Positions 1 to 12,729 of a stretch of 44,404 nt of DNA are shown in pieces; the first letter of the stretch is position 1, and every line of letters starts with the position of its first letter. A program made the translations under genes and the position numbers. The notes beneath the pieces are model-generated. The model was given only the letters and a program-made list of their open reading frames with translations, had not been told where the DNA came from and did no database searches. Source of the stretch: Octopus bimaculoides (Eukaryota); assembly GCF_001194135.2 (NCBI RefSeq), contig NC_068982.1:163027572-163071975 (forward strand). Reading direction: 5' to 3'.

Positions 1-153
1 ATATATAGTGATGCTTGCATAACTCAGAAGAATAGTTAATGTTTGAAAATCTTGAAATTGAAGAATATTTTGTTCGAATATTATTTCCGTATTATCAATA
101 ATAGAAAAAATTCTCGGCTAAATTTAATGGTGCTTTTTGTTTTCTCTTTTCAG

Positions 154-219
154 ACGGCAAACCAGATTGATTTGAATGAACAGAGTGACTTAATGGCATC
201 ATTTGAAGGCATGCTCTGA
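154..219 (+). CDS. BRD4: Terminal coding exon of a BET-family bromodomain gene (BRD4/fs(1)h long isoform), encoding the C-terminal P-TEFb-interacting motif; upstream exons lie outside the window
   Basis: Polypyrimidine tract and acceptor ttttctcttttcag (AG at 152-153), then phase-0 frame TANQIDLNEQSDLMASFEGML-stop (TGA 217-219). This aligns with the human BRD4 C-terminus [22 protein letters not shown] as I recall it (ID-N-QSDL-FE pattern). Too short for the ORF track. Confidence 0.85.
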   Translation, partial: TANQIDLNEQSDLMASFEGML

Positions 220-894
220 GATGAAATATGGCTGTTAGTCATCCAACGACTTAAGTTTGTCTGCTGTTGTTTTCTGCTACCACTGCCTCCATATACACTG
301 AGATTGTGTGAATGTGTGTGTGTGTATGTGTGTGTGCCTGATTCTGTGATTGTATATGGTATTAGTGGTCTTAGTTCTTGTCAAACTGTCTACAGCAGCA
401 GACTACTGCCACTGTTGCCGCTCTCATTATTATCCCTCTTCATTTCAAGTTTGGCTGACTGGCGACTTCTTGGACACTTGGCTTGTATTGACCACTCAGG
501 GGGAAAAGCCACCTAGAATTTTTGTGGCAATGTCTGCTATTATCATGGAGATGACAATAATAATGAAAATCTAATCTAAACCAAACAACAAATATTTCTA
601 GTGAAGGACAGCAAGTGCTGCTTGACAATTGAAATGACCATAAACACCATTTACTACCAACACTAGAAGATGTTTTGAAACAAGGCTATACTAATTTTTA
701 TTTTTTATTTCTATTTAGGTAGGAAGGAGAGCCATTGCTGTTTCTCTTCATTCTTCATTGTTTGTTGTTTGGTAATAATTTATTCCAACAATCTACTTTA
801 ACCTTCCTACTGCCTATTTACAACATAAACACTTCAGCTTTTGTGTTTCATTCCTTGTCTCGTACCATTTGGTGCTGTCACACACACACCACCG

Positions 895-931
895 CCATTG
901 CCATTGTCATCATCATCTTCATCGCCACTAC

Positions 932-968
<37 letters not shown>

Positions 969-985
969 GTCACCACCACTACCTT
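895..985. repeat. (CAT)n-rich microsatellite
   Basis: Direct reading of catcatcat runs. Confidence 0.9.
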
Positions 986-1559
986 TGTGGTTGTAGATAT
1001 TGCTGTTGTTGACAGTTATTATAAAAAGGCAGTAGAAAAACTATTAAATTAATGTGAGTATGTATACACACAGGCATGCTCACTGGCACACCAACCCAAA
1101 CATGATCTCAGTTTGCTTGAGAAGACATCTGCATTTTTTTTCTTCTTTTTTCTATGTTACAAGTTGGGAAACATTGTCAGTAATCTGTAAAATGGATGTC
1201 TACGACTGATCCCCCCTACCCTTTCTCATTGCTATCAATTTATTTCTTTTGTAATTTTCTTTGGTGTCTTGTCCACTGCTATATTTTGTTTTCCCCCTGA
1301 TTGCCAGGATTACCGTCAACACAATGCTACTGTATTCCCAGAAACGCATGTAATTGATACTCTGTGTGTGTGTGTGTGTGTGCGCGCGCTATTAACATTG
1401 CAGTCATGAAGCAAGGTCATGTTGCTCTTAGAATTATGACAAACAGTGACAATAATAATAATGTGTGGTGATGAGGCTAGTCTTGATTAGCATGACTTTG
1501 ATGTACCATTCCCATGCAGCTTACATTTACTGGATTTGTTTTAATCCCACTCGTTTTGT

Positions 1560-1760
1560 TTTGTTGTTATTATTATTATCATTATTATTATTATTATCAT
1601 CATTCATCATCATCCATCATCATCATTATTAATATTATTTCCCTGCTTGTGGGTGTATTTGAGCATGCAAGTGTAACACCATTAAGACTTTACTCATGAT
1701 ATGGGTGTGGATTTCAACTATAACTATACTACTATTACTACTACTACTACTACTACTACT
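1560..1760. repeat. Compound (TAT)n/(CAT)n/(TAC)n microsatellites
   Basis: Direct reading. Confidence 0.85.
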
Positions 1761-4700
1761 AGACCTCACTGTACATTGTCATTGCTCATTTCTTGATCCT
1801 CCAATCACTATACCTTTCTTGTACAGTTAATGTGTGTATGTATGATTAGATATGCATGTACATGCCATTGTTGTGATATATGTATATATATTTATATATG
1901 TATATGTTCAGTACTTGTAGCCAGGCTGCTGCCACTGCTCTAACACACACTGGTAATATTTGGAACTTTTACAGTTATCAGAAAAATAATTGAAACCTGT
2001 CATTAGAAAAAAAAAAAATAAACAAAAATTTACTGGAAAAAAACCCCATTAATTTCTTGTAAAAAAAAAGTCAATAAAAATCCTAATAAAATCTGAAAAA
2101 AGACAATTGGAGAAAAAAGCAGTGTAGCTTTTCTTCTCTCCTTTTTTTTTTCTCTGAAAACAATATATAATTTGTTAGCCTCTCTCTTTCTCTCTCTATC
2201 TCTCTCTCTCTCTCTCTCTCTGTTGTGCACTTGTATATTATAACCAGACACAGAGAGATTGTGTGTTGTGTACAGAAAACTTGCTGGCTTTTTCTTTTAG
2301 TTTACATGATTTCTTCAGGTAACAAATCTTTTATTTTTAATATTTAAACATGTTCCTTTAATGCTAGGACTTTTTATATTTTTATTGCAATCATTCAGTT
2401 TATTTAAACAAAACTTCCCTCTCTCTTAAATTTTGCTACCATCATATAAATGAAATCATGTGTATCTGTGCATTGCAGTTTGGGGTTGGGAGGAGGTTAA
2501 TGATTAAAAAAAAAACTCAAGAATGATCTTTTAAAATTACTTAAATGTTTATTAATTTCTTAGTTTGTGGGTTGGAGGGAATCTATTCAGCATGATGCCT
2601 AATAACATTTTTATTAGGAAACTCGTCTCATTTTCTCTCTCTCTCTCTCTCTCCATTGAATGTAGAGTAACAGTTTAGAGATCATTCATTTGTACCAGTA
2701 TTGATTGTATTTGTCTAGTTGACCATGTAATTTAGTGTTTAGTTTTATACATAGTTCTCCAGTATCTCTAGTTTCAAATTTTATTTTTAAGCAATGTTTC
2801 TGTTATTGAATTCATTAAACAAACAAAAGCAGCAACAACAACAAAAAAACCATTTGTATAATTGAGATTCATTTTAATAAATGAAATATTCCTTAGGTTA
2901 TATATTAGATAAGAATGAATCAGTTTTGAAAAGGTAGCTCAGATATCTACTAATTTACTTCCTTGCTTACTTTGTGTTAATTGAAAAACTATTTCTTGGA
3001 ATTTCTGATATTTTTCTGTTTGACTATAAATATTTATCAATAGGAAAGGTCCAGTTTTTCATTCAGTTTCTTATTCAAATACTAAATATTGTTTTAAGCT
3101 ATTGTATTACACATTCTCTTTTACTAAGTTAATTTGCCTCTGTTTGCTAATTCTACTGTAGCAGAAAGTCTTATTGCTAAACCTTATGCTTCATGCTATT
3201 AAAATCATACATATAATGGCAATTGGATTATTCACACAACCTAGATACACCAGTGATGATAGCTGCTGTCACTAAAATATCCAGTTGATATTGTTAATAG
3301 TAGTAATTGTTGTACGCTTTGTTTTACCTCTCATAGTTTTACTGTTGTTATCTCTCACTTTCAGCTGCTACTTTCAGCATATTACAGCAGCAATAGTGGT
3401 GGTAGTAGTTAGAGGACAATGATGGTAATGATTGTAACTAGAATAGTTAACTGGCAAAATTTCTCCCTTTTCTCTTTCTTTATCTCTCATAATGTGCCTC
3501 TAGATATGACTAAAATATCTTTAACAGACTTTTTCTTTGTCAGATATTCAAAACTTACAATTTAGAATATCTTTGGTAGACAGATATTTGTTGTCATCAA
3601 ATCTGCTTCTTAACATTATTACTTACCTCAACCTGCCAACAATGGTGTATCTCTAATCCACCTGATGCAGGTTGTTACATGATTAAACTGCATTTTACAC
3701 ACATTCCCATACACAGATTTCATATGGAAGAAGTGGGTTAGGGTGCTGTTGGAAATAATAGACTTTCAGAATTAAAATGAAGATCTGGAAAAAATATCAA
3801 ATTTTAATAGATAAATCTCCAAACACCGATTCAGATGTGTGTATTACCTTTGAATGTAAAAATATTCTCTAGCTGTGGGTATTGGTTTTACATACTTGAT
3901 GTGTTCTCCTATAGCGCAACATTTGTATAAAATATTAAGTGGGAAAAGTGTTAGTTCAGTAGCACTTTATCTGCTAGTTAAGCAAAGCTTTACATATTAC
4001 AGCTAGTATTGTACTATGTACAATGAGAAAGCTGTTTTACTTTGTTGATAATCATGTAGAAGCTTACTCAACCTTTTTTTTTTTTTTTCTTGCAGTAATT
4101 TGCTCTTTCAACTATCTGCCACCACCTTTTATTTATTTTTTAATGTAGTTTTATGTCACATGTTAAAAACCAATATTAATTAAACAGTACTTAATCTGAA
4201 GTATTAATTATACTTGGTTTATCTTGTACAGTTCCCTCTCCCTCTCCTATTCTCTCTTCATTAGTATCCTTCTTGCATTAGATTCTTGCTTATCCTGAAA
4301 TCACTAAATATTAGTCATTTTGTATTAAGATTAATTCTGGAAAGATGTCTCCATGCCAGCACTTTAATTGTAGATTGGGGAATGTCACTTGATAATTGTA
4401 TGATTGCATCAACAAGTCAAAGTATTGTAGGTTTATCAACAGCTAACAAGTGTCCTTCTCTCTATGTAGCTGTTACATAATCACTTGTCTCTCTGTAATG
4501 TTCCATTTGAAGCTGCTTGGAGATATTTTGTTGCCCCTTGTATATTTATAATTCCCCACCCTTGATTCGTGTCACTTTCAATCACTACTACATACACATT
4601 TTGGTAAACGGTAGGTACTTTATTTTATATATTTTTTAAATATAGTTAAACATGGCCTTAGCTCCTCATGATGTAAATTGGACTTGGAGCAGATTATCTG

Positions 4701-4790
4701 ATGCAATGTTTTTTGTTTCTCTCCATTTCAATGTTTACAATTATTTCATTTCAAGTTAACATTTCACATAAACAGGAGCACCAATTGAAA

Positions 4791-4823
<33 letters not shown>

Positions 4824-6900
4824 TTTCAGGCATGTTTGCTAGATTTTATTTGTTTGTCTCTCAAATATAACCTATTTTCTTATTGTCATGACAGGTGTAA
4901 ACTTGGGTTAGTTGTTGCCTCTATGAGGAAAGTAACTTGATGTATATTATAAATGACCTGTAGGCATTGACATACTTCTGCTTGTGGCAGTTTCACTAGA
5001 CCTGTAGAATTAACATTTCCCAGTTCACATGTATAGTGATAATGAAGTAATTTTCATCAGTTATTTAATACAATAATAAAATCGCATTACATTCAACTAG
5101 GCAAAAAGAAATAATCTCATTTAGCAATGTTTTTCCCCTTACTTTTGCTGTTGCAGTTTTGGTGGCCTACTATTATATAGTACTCATAATTTTTTTTTGG
5201 ATTTCTCAACTTTAAATGTAAAATATATAAAGTTGGGAAAGCAAATCAAACAGCAATTTATCATGCTTCAGTTTTCTTCTCAACTAACTAGATATGGGAT
5301 TGCTCTTAACTTCATTGCTAATCTTTTAGTTATCTAATACATTGCTGCTCAATATATTTAAATTTTTAATTTCATTTATCTTTTGCATTGAATGGGTTGA
5401 GTGATAGTGTGTATATAAATATGGAATAGTGTGTGTGTGTGTACGTATGTATATATATGCGCGCATGTGTGTGTGTGTGTATGTATGTATATATATATAT
5501 ATATATGATCATTAATAGGATTCAATGTCAACTTGGCATTGTTGTTTCCTTCAAGTAATATTTTAGGTCCCTAAAGAACACACTCCAAGGTAACAATATT
5601 GGTGTTTAGCTGAAATTCTATCATCCACTTATATGTTTGTAATGTTTTCCTTCCTTTTCTAATTTATATTTTGTTTATAATTTTCTTACCTTAAATACAT
5701 TCTGAAGTCATTTTTATAGCCAATATTTTGTTAGAAACTCCTCCAGTGTCAGTGTTCACATCTCACTAAATATTTCGGTTACAACTAGTAAAAACTCAAT
5801 AATCAATCCATTATTGTATACCCTCATCTCCTTTTCACCTCTCCTATTTTCAGTGAATAATACTGTGGTGACTACTTTTACACCAACTGTTGTTCTTTCA
5901 CATTGTTAATCTGTTTCATCAACCTGTCCACTATGTATGCAATAAAGTCTCAAATACTTAACTGTCTTGTTTTTCCTATCAACATGTTCTTGCTCTCATA
6001 TTGTCACTTTCTTCATTTAGTTAAAATCAAGCATGCAAGGCTATTTATAAAACTATGTTCTTGTCAAATTTGATGTTTATTACCAATTGGAGGGTATTTT
6101 AAAGTTTACCCATTTATGTTAAAATATTTACTTGAAGAGGATGTAGAACATGCCTTAAAATATAATAATTGTTTCTATAAGCTCCTTGGGACATAGTTAC
6201 AGTTAGTTTCATTATTGTTACTGAATGGTTAACACTGTTTTCGAACTTCTTCTGCAATATAACATTACTTTAAAACTTTGAAATGACTTCAGTTATAGCT
6301 TTTAAGTTTAGTCAATGTAACTCGATCACCAGTGAAAGAAATAAGTATATCAGAATGATTTAGATAAATGCTATTGCAAATTCTTTACAATTTCTGCATC
6401 ATTTGTTTGTTAAAATTCCCACTGATTTTTGAGTTGTTAAAATAATTAAAACTTGTTGAAAAAATTAATTATTTGCAGATCACGACATTTTTTTTTTTTT
6501 TCTCCAAACCATACATCAAAAATTACTGTAGCTGTTATATTTCAGTCTCACTTTTTCACTGCAGAACTTTGGAATTGAATATGTTTGATTGCCTTTCAGT
6601 CTCTCTCATATTTTTATGTATGAATATATATTTTAATTTGTATATGTGTTGGTGTGAATATATGCATTTATGTATGTGTGTATATATATGCACACAACTA
6701 CACGTGCTAAAAAAAAACAATAGACATCATGCAGAAGTTTACTGTCATTTTCATCCATTGTACTTTGTTTTTTTCTCCTTCCATTGCTATTTTCCATTTG
6801 ACAATATAGATACAACATTATGCTATCTATGAATACAAATAGTAGGAGATGAGACTGAGAAACAAACACAAAAATGGAAATGGGTTTAAAAAAAAAAAAA

Positions 6901-7200
6901 GCCATACTCAAGAAGAATGTTTACCAGAAATGCCTACTGCTAAAGACTGACAATTTCATTAAAAGAACCAACTGGCAAGCATGCTAACAAAGTAGTGGAT
7001 GAAGACAGCAGTCACTATTACAAGTTTTCAAAACCAGCAGACTCACTAACTCTATCCATCCCTTTGAAAGCAACTTGTTTGAACTAATTTAGAATATTAG
7101 ATTTAGAAATTATAGATGCTACTTCCCAGTTGACCTCTGCAGAGAAATCATGTCAGTAAATGAATTTCAGAATTCAGCACAGTATGGACAGATATAGAAA
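6901..7200 (+). mobile_element. Decayed Penelope-like element, N-terminal pre-RT fragment
   Basis: Frames give AILKKNVYQKCLLLKTDNFIKRTNWQAC* and FESNLFELI*NIRFRN, resembling the E-FIKRMRWKA and FE-DL--LI-NI-FR blocks upstream of PLE RT domains; in-frame stops present. Confidence 0.55.
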
Positions 7201-7539
7201 TTTGTCAAATCTGGTAACACATGAAAGACAGGTGCATGTTTGGGGACAACATTAAGCATCTATGCAAAAACTCCTATAAATGAAACTAATTATATCATTC
7301 TCTGTAATTTATGATAAAGTTAAATCCAGATACAAATTTGTTTTTGAATGCCCGAGGTTTATACAATAGGGGTCACCTATTTGACTCTTATGTTACGAGT
7401 AGGTCATTAGTAATGAAGACATTGGCATATTTTTACTCTCCATTGGTGTTTTTAGCATGGCAAGCTACATTTTGCTTCACAAACATCATTTGAATTGCTG
7501 TCAGTTCAATGTGTGTATGTGTATATATACATATACGTA

Positions 7540-7850
7540 TATCTCTTACTTGCTTTAGTCATTGGACTGAGGCACCACTTTGAAGGGTTTAGTTGAACAA
7601 ATCAATGCTTATATATTTTTAAGCGCAGTATTTATTCTATTGGTCTCTTTTGCCAAACCACGAAGTTATGGGGTGAAGTAAGTAAACCAACATCAGTTGT
7701 CAAGCAGTGGCAGGGGGAAATCCACTCACAAGGCTTTGGTTGGCCCATGGCTATAGTAGAAAACACTTGCCTAAGGTGCTACACAGTGAGACTGAATCAG
7801 AACCAGTGGTTGAGAAGCAAGCTTCTTACCTCTTAGCCACACCTGCTTGT
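7540..7850 (-). mobile_element. tRNA-derived SINE (octopus-type), diverged copy
   Basis: The minus strand begins with a tRNA-like head (gcaggtgtggctaagaggtaagaagcttgc...ggttctgattcagtctcactg) and a ccttaggcaagtg core. The body is homologous to the copy at 44140-44404. Confidence 0.7.
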
Positions 7851-9399
7851 ATGTATATTGTATATATAGTGAAATACAGATATGGTAAGCAACATTGATT
7901 GAAATATAGGTCTGTGCAATTATATTTTATACACTCAGACATGGAAAGAACTTATTGCAGAAATTGTCTTGAGTGAAATTCTGTTTTTTGACTGGTTAAG
8001 AAGAAATTCAAATAATAATTAAAAAAATAACACTGGTGGTCTACGACTGACATCATCATGTAAGTAGGACAAGTGTTTCTGTGTCATTATGTTTCATCAT
8101 TGGATTTGGTGTCTCACTGGTGAAACATAATATAAATGTGTTCTAGTCTGATAGCATTATTCATAACCCAGTAATGTTTTTCACACATTTCAGTGTACAT
8201 AAATGCAAAATATAGTTGTAAATGCACACCTGTGTGGGTTTTCCAATCTGTGAATAACACATGCTGCTGTTGTGTGAAGGCATTACAAGAAAAACAACTA
8301 GTGCTAAGTTGCAGGGATGTAAACAAACCAACAATAGTTGGGAACAAGCAGTAAGACATGCATCATCATTTTAGTTTCCATGTTTCCTTTTGGCATGAGT
8401 TCGATAGTTTGATGGGCCCAGGGACTGCATTGTGCTCCAGTGTCTGTTTTGGCATGGATTCTATGGTTGAATGCTCTTTATACCGATCAATTTACAGCAT
8501 TTTTTTTTTATGTCACTAGCACTATTGAGATTACTGTGCAACCTCAAGGGGAGGTGGGTCAGAATGAGAGGTTAAAGTATAAAAGAAATGGGGTGGAAGA
8601 GCTGCATGCTTACTCAGATGTAGGCGAGGGAGAGAATGATCAGTAGAAATTGTGAAGAGATATATAGCAGAGAAGAACTTTCCAGGCACCCCCTCAAGGG
8701 GTGGGGGGGCATGATAAAAACAGCATTGCAGTAAGAATNNNNNNNNNNNNNNNNNNNNNNNNNNNNNNNNNNNNNNNNNNNNNNNNNNNNNNNNNNNNNN
8801 NNNNNNNNNNNNNNNNNNNNNNNNNNNNNNNNNNNNNNNNNNNNNNNNNNNNNNNNNNNNNNNNNNNNNNNNNNNNNNNNNNNNNNNNNNNNNNNNNNNN
8901 NNNNNNNNNNNNNNNNNNNNNNNNNNNNNNNNNNNNNNNNNNNNNNNNNNNNNNNNNNNNNNNNNNNNNNNNNNNNNNNNNNNNNNNNNNNNNNNNNNNN
9001 NNNNNNNNNNNNNNNNNNNNNNNNNNNNNNNNNNNNNNNNNNNNNNNNNNNNNNNNNNNNNNNNNNNNNNNNNNNNNNNNNNNNNNNNNNNNNNNNNNNN
9101 NNNNNNNNNNNNNNNNNNNNNNNNNNNNNNNNNNNNNNNNNNNNNNNNNNNNNNNNNNNNNNNNNNNNNNNNNNNNNNNNNNNNNNNNNNNNNNNNNNNN
9201 NNNNNNNNNNNNNNNNNNNNNNNNNNNNNNNNNNNNNNNNNNNNNNNNNNNNNNNNNNNNNNNNNNNNNNNNNNNNNNNNNNNNNNNNNNNNNNNNNNNN
9301 NNNNNNNNNNNNNNNNNNNNNNNNNNNNNNNNAAAAAAAAAAAAAAAAAAATGCTGACTACTGTGTTAGGGTGGTTGTGGAATGAGAGTTACTAGAAGG

Positions 9400-9900
9400 T
9401 TGAGGGATATTAACTTGTCTTATCATCATCTACTTGAGGTGGGTAAAATTTATCCAAAATCGATGTTTAGGTGCATCTTTTTGTACAGATCAGTGAAAGA
9501 GTGGAGATAGTTATAAACTTCCCTTGTAGTTTTTGTTATATTCACATTTAAGGTTGTTATTAGCTAAAAAAATTTCAGTCTTCTGTAAGTGCTAGTCTTT
9601 ATCAATATTCGTTGCAGTAAATTTAGGTATAGTTGGTGTAATGTCCATAATCTCATCTGTATATAGTCTGCTTGATCTTGTTCTAACATGAGCTCCGCAT
9701 TTGATTAGCTTTCTTTATGGGATACTAACAACTCAACAATATCATTTGAATGCATCACATCATTCTGAATTTGATGTTTCTGCTAGTAGAAAACTTGTTG
9801 AGTCATAGATACAGTCCAATCATATTTTTCCAAGCACCATTCACAGTTGAGGGTTTCACTTTCCCCCCATGACTTAGTTGTGTTCTCCATTACGTTCAAC
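9400..9900 (-). mobile_element. Tigger/pogo-like DNA transposon, C-terminal transposase remnant
   Basis: Minus frames give PSTVNGAWKNM and SNDIVELLVSHKES*SNAELML, similar to Tigger C-terminal blocks; decayed. Confidence 0.6.
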
Positions 9901-9925
9901 TTCCAAAAGTTCCTAACTGTCAATT

Positions 9926-10157
9926 ATGAAGGAGTGATACGAGAGCTGTGAAATCTTGCATGCATTAAATTCAATCCTAATTGATAACTGCATTGTTTCT
10001 TTCCAAGTAAACTGATATCTGACTGTTCAAAGAAGACTTAACGTGTAGTGCCTTCTCTTGAAAAGGAACAAAATTGGCACCATGGTGTTTATCAAGTACC
10101 TGCAGAAAAAGGGTTTAACCCCCAAGAAGATTCATGCTGATATGGTTGCTTCATTAG
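9926..10157 (+). mobile_element. Mariner-type transposon 5' fragment
   Basis: 10071-10157 reads KIGTMVFIKYLQKKGLTPKKIHADMVASL, resembling the N-terminal HTH of mariner/SETMAR-type transposases; truncated. Confidence 0.6.
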
Positions 10158-10224
10158 ATCTCATGAGAGAGTTGGGAATATATCTTCAAAAGGGCCACCA
10201 ATAGAAAGTACTATGCCAACTTGC

Positions 10225-10370
10225 TGAGGCAGTTATGAAAGACTATCAAGACCAACTGACTTTGCCTTCCAGGGTTGATGAAATAAGTACCAGTTGAACA
10301 CTGGGGTCAATGTAATTGACTCACCCCATCTCCTGTTATTGCTGGCATTGTGCCAAAATTTGAAACCAAT
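10225..10370 (+). mobile_element. tRNA-derived SINE fragment
   Basis: gactttgccttccagggttgatgaaataagtaccagttgaacactggggtcaatgtaattgact is shared in reverse with the copies at 20540-20700 and 25500-25635. Confidence 0.65.
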
Positions 10371-10373
10371 ATT

Positions 10374-11080
10374 TTAAAAAATGTTTGTTAACCATTCTTT
10401 AGAAAGATTCTTAGTCATCCATGTTTTTTTATTTGAATGCCAAGTTAGAGGTAAAGCTTGAAACCCTTTGTATTTTTGAAGTGATATTATAAGTAGCATA
10501 TCTTCCCAGAGATGTCCGGCTATTTTTGTTAGTTTTAGATCCTGGTTTTGATTTTTCTTCTTTAGAAACAAACTTTCCAGCAAGCTTGCTCTGCCTGAAA
10601 AGTGCAATTTCAACATTGCATATTTGCTTTGGTATGTAAGCTTACTTTATTTTCTTCTGCTGCTCAGGACAGTTAGTAGCAACCACTATTTCAACTCTGA
10701 CAACATCACCAGTCATTTTTATGCTGTGCAAATTTAAACCCCTGAGCCTTTCAAACCAACCTTTCTTAGCCAGAAAATGTTTTTCATTAGAAGTTTCGCT
10801 TTGCTTTTAAAGTAAATTGTCATTAACACTTTTAATCTCTTTTTCTTCTTTAAATTGCCATTATGCTTTGAGCATGATCCTTAGTTCATACATTTGAGCT
10901 GCCATTCCATTTTAAGCATTACATCAGATCTATGAAAGAACAAGGTCTAAGCAGTTATACATAATAGCTTCTTGAATACTCAATTTTCCCTTTATTGTTA
11001 AGTTTTGATGGCTTTGTAGACATTGCAAGTTTTAATATTTTGGCAATTTGGCTGATTTTGTTTTCCTTCCACACCAAGCC
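10374..11080 (-). mobile_element. Tigger/pogo-like transposase remnant (CENPB-HTH and DDE_1 N-terminal part)
   Basis: Minus frames give FLAKKGWFERLR, KFVSKEEKSKPGSKTNKNSRTSL and ALPLTWHSNKKTWMTKNLSKEWLTNIF, matching Tigger1-type GWF-RFK, EEKS-PGFKA-KDRLTL and W-SNKKAW motifs; frameshifted. Confidence 0.75.
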
Positions 11081-12729
11081 CTTTTAAAAACACTGAGTGT
11101 AAAGGAATTATACATACAGTGTAATCCCTTTAGGGTTCTACACTACTGCCTTCATTTCCATTTGATGGTTTCTTTCCAAACAACTTGGAATGTTGATAAA
11201 TCCAACAGTGGTGGTGATCAACAAGTATTCACAACAAATATGTAGTGTATAGTACCCACCAGGAAAGAAATGTTTTGTTTCTATGGAAATAAAATGAAAG
11301 GGTATCAGAGTGAGGTGGGAGGAAGTATATGCGGATTACAGTTAGTTAAAAGGTTATCAGGTCCACAAGCACTTTGCTTCTTGCACTCCAAACTTAAGCC
11401 AAAAAAACCTCCACTATTCATGCACATGCTCTCTATTGTGTTAACATAAGAAATGTTGCCACAGGCATTGCTATCATTGATATGGTTACTGTTATTGTCA
11501 ATTAGTTATTTATAATTGGGTGTGGGGAGGTATTGTTAGTCTCCAATAAATCATTGACGTTCCATTCAACTTTTAGATATATAAGATGTGTACTATGTCA
11601 ATCTCTTTTATTTTAGAAGGGGTTGCTTATCTTGTTCATGCTATTGTTGGTGGTGGTGGTTATTAATGAGTTGGGTGATAAGAGCAGATGCTGTTTCTGT
11701 ATTGGTATTGATAATAGTAGTGGATGTGAAGATTGATTTTTGTATATGTATACCATGTAAATTGCACACGGGTGATTTTTAGGATAAAATTTGTTAAAAA
11801 AGTTTCTTCTCATGTAAAATTCACACCCCAAAGTTTTCAGTATTGCTGATATAGCCAGCGGAAAAAGGTTTTCAATTTAGTTGTATTTAGCATAATTTCA
11901 CTTAACTTATTAGATTTTATTGAATTTTCATTAAATAAAAATAATTTCTGTTTAACAGGTATCACATTGAAAGCTATTAAATTACAAAGTGTTTGTATTG
12001 TTTATAATAAACTTTATTTTACATTTCTTGCTCACAAGAGATTATATCCAATCTTTAACATACTGCTGTATGCCTTCTCAAATCATGATCACAGGAAAAG
12101 TTGTTGATAAAAATTATGAATAAAAACAAATCTCATAAATACGCACAAGTGTTGCAAATTGAGTTTAATTACCAATAAACATCAGCTTGGATGACACTTT
12201 ACTCAACTGACAGAGGAAGGTGACTGATCAAACTGATTATGTAACCAATTCTTTTCTGCCTATACTTGTCGGAACCTTTGATACGGAGTATCGAAATTTT
12301 AATCCCTTTCACACTTATAAAATGTCAAGCAAATTTAAAAATTTGTCATTACCACTATTGTCAGTATGAGCAGAACTTATGAATCATTTACTGCAAAGGA
12401 GAAATTAAATATGTTGAATATGCATTTGAGCATAGCAATAGAGCCAATGTTTAAAATTGGCGCAAACAGTACAAGCTTAAAACTGTGCCTAGTAATAAAC
12501 ATACAATCAAGATTATCCATTTCATTACATTTTTTTAAGTCAGGGATATCCATATTATGTATGTCAATGGTGCTTCATTGCGATAGGTATAAAAATTCCA
12601 AGCAATGTAAAATATGTCCTGGACCGTGTTTACCAGCATGAACATCAGACTTCACCAAAAGTAGTTTTTAATGGTTTTAGTAAATTTATACAGAAGTAAG
12701 CATTATACTGTCCAGCATAAATAAAAGTC

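Larger units (their letters stand above)
220..5965 (+). other. Probable long 3'UTR of the BET gene
   Basis: Follows the stop codon; U/AU-rich with simple repeats and no TE fragment I can recognise. Candidate AATAAA at 5075-5080 and 5941-5946; the latter has upstream TGTA and a downstream GT/T-rich tract (ctgtcttgtttttcc). The 3' end is inferred. Confidence 0.45.

Noticed and set aside
304-628. Short ORFs right after the BET stop codon
   Set aside because: Composition is UTR-like with (TG)n; no recognisable protein motif
735-1052. 105-aa hydrophobic ORF with a poly-Ile run (also 1514-1699 and 40878-41075)
   Set aside because: Translations of (CAT)n, (TAT)n and (AAT)n microsatellites; no domain or splice support
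7718-7850. tRNA-like sequences as tRNA genes
   Set aside because: Diverged SINE heads continuing into SINE body; no complete cloverleaf
8701-9357. Long ORFs containing X runs (also 17215-18253, 34450-34710, 37319-37604)
   Set aside because: Artefacts of reading through N gaps
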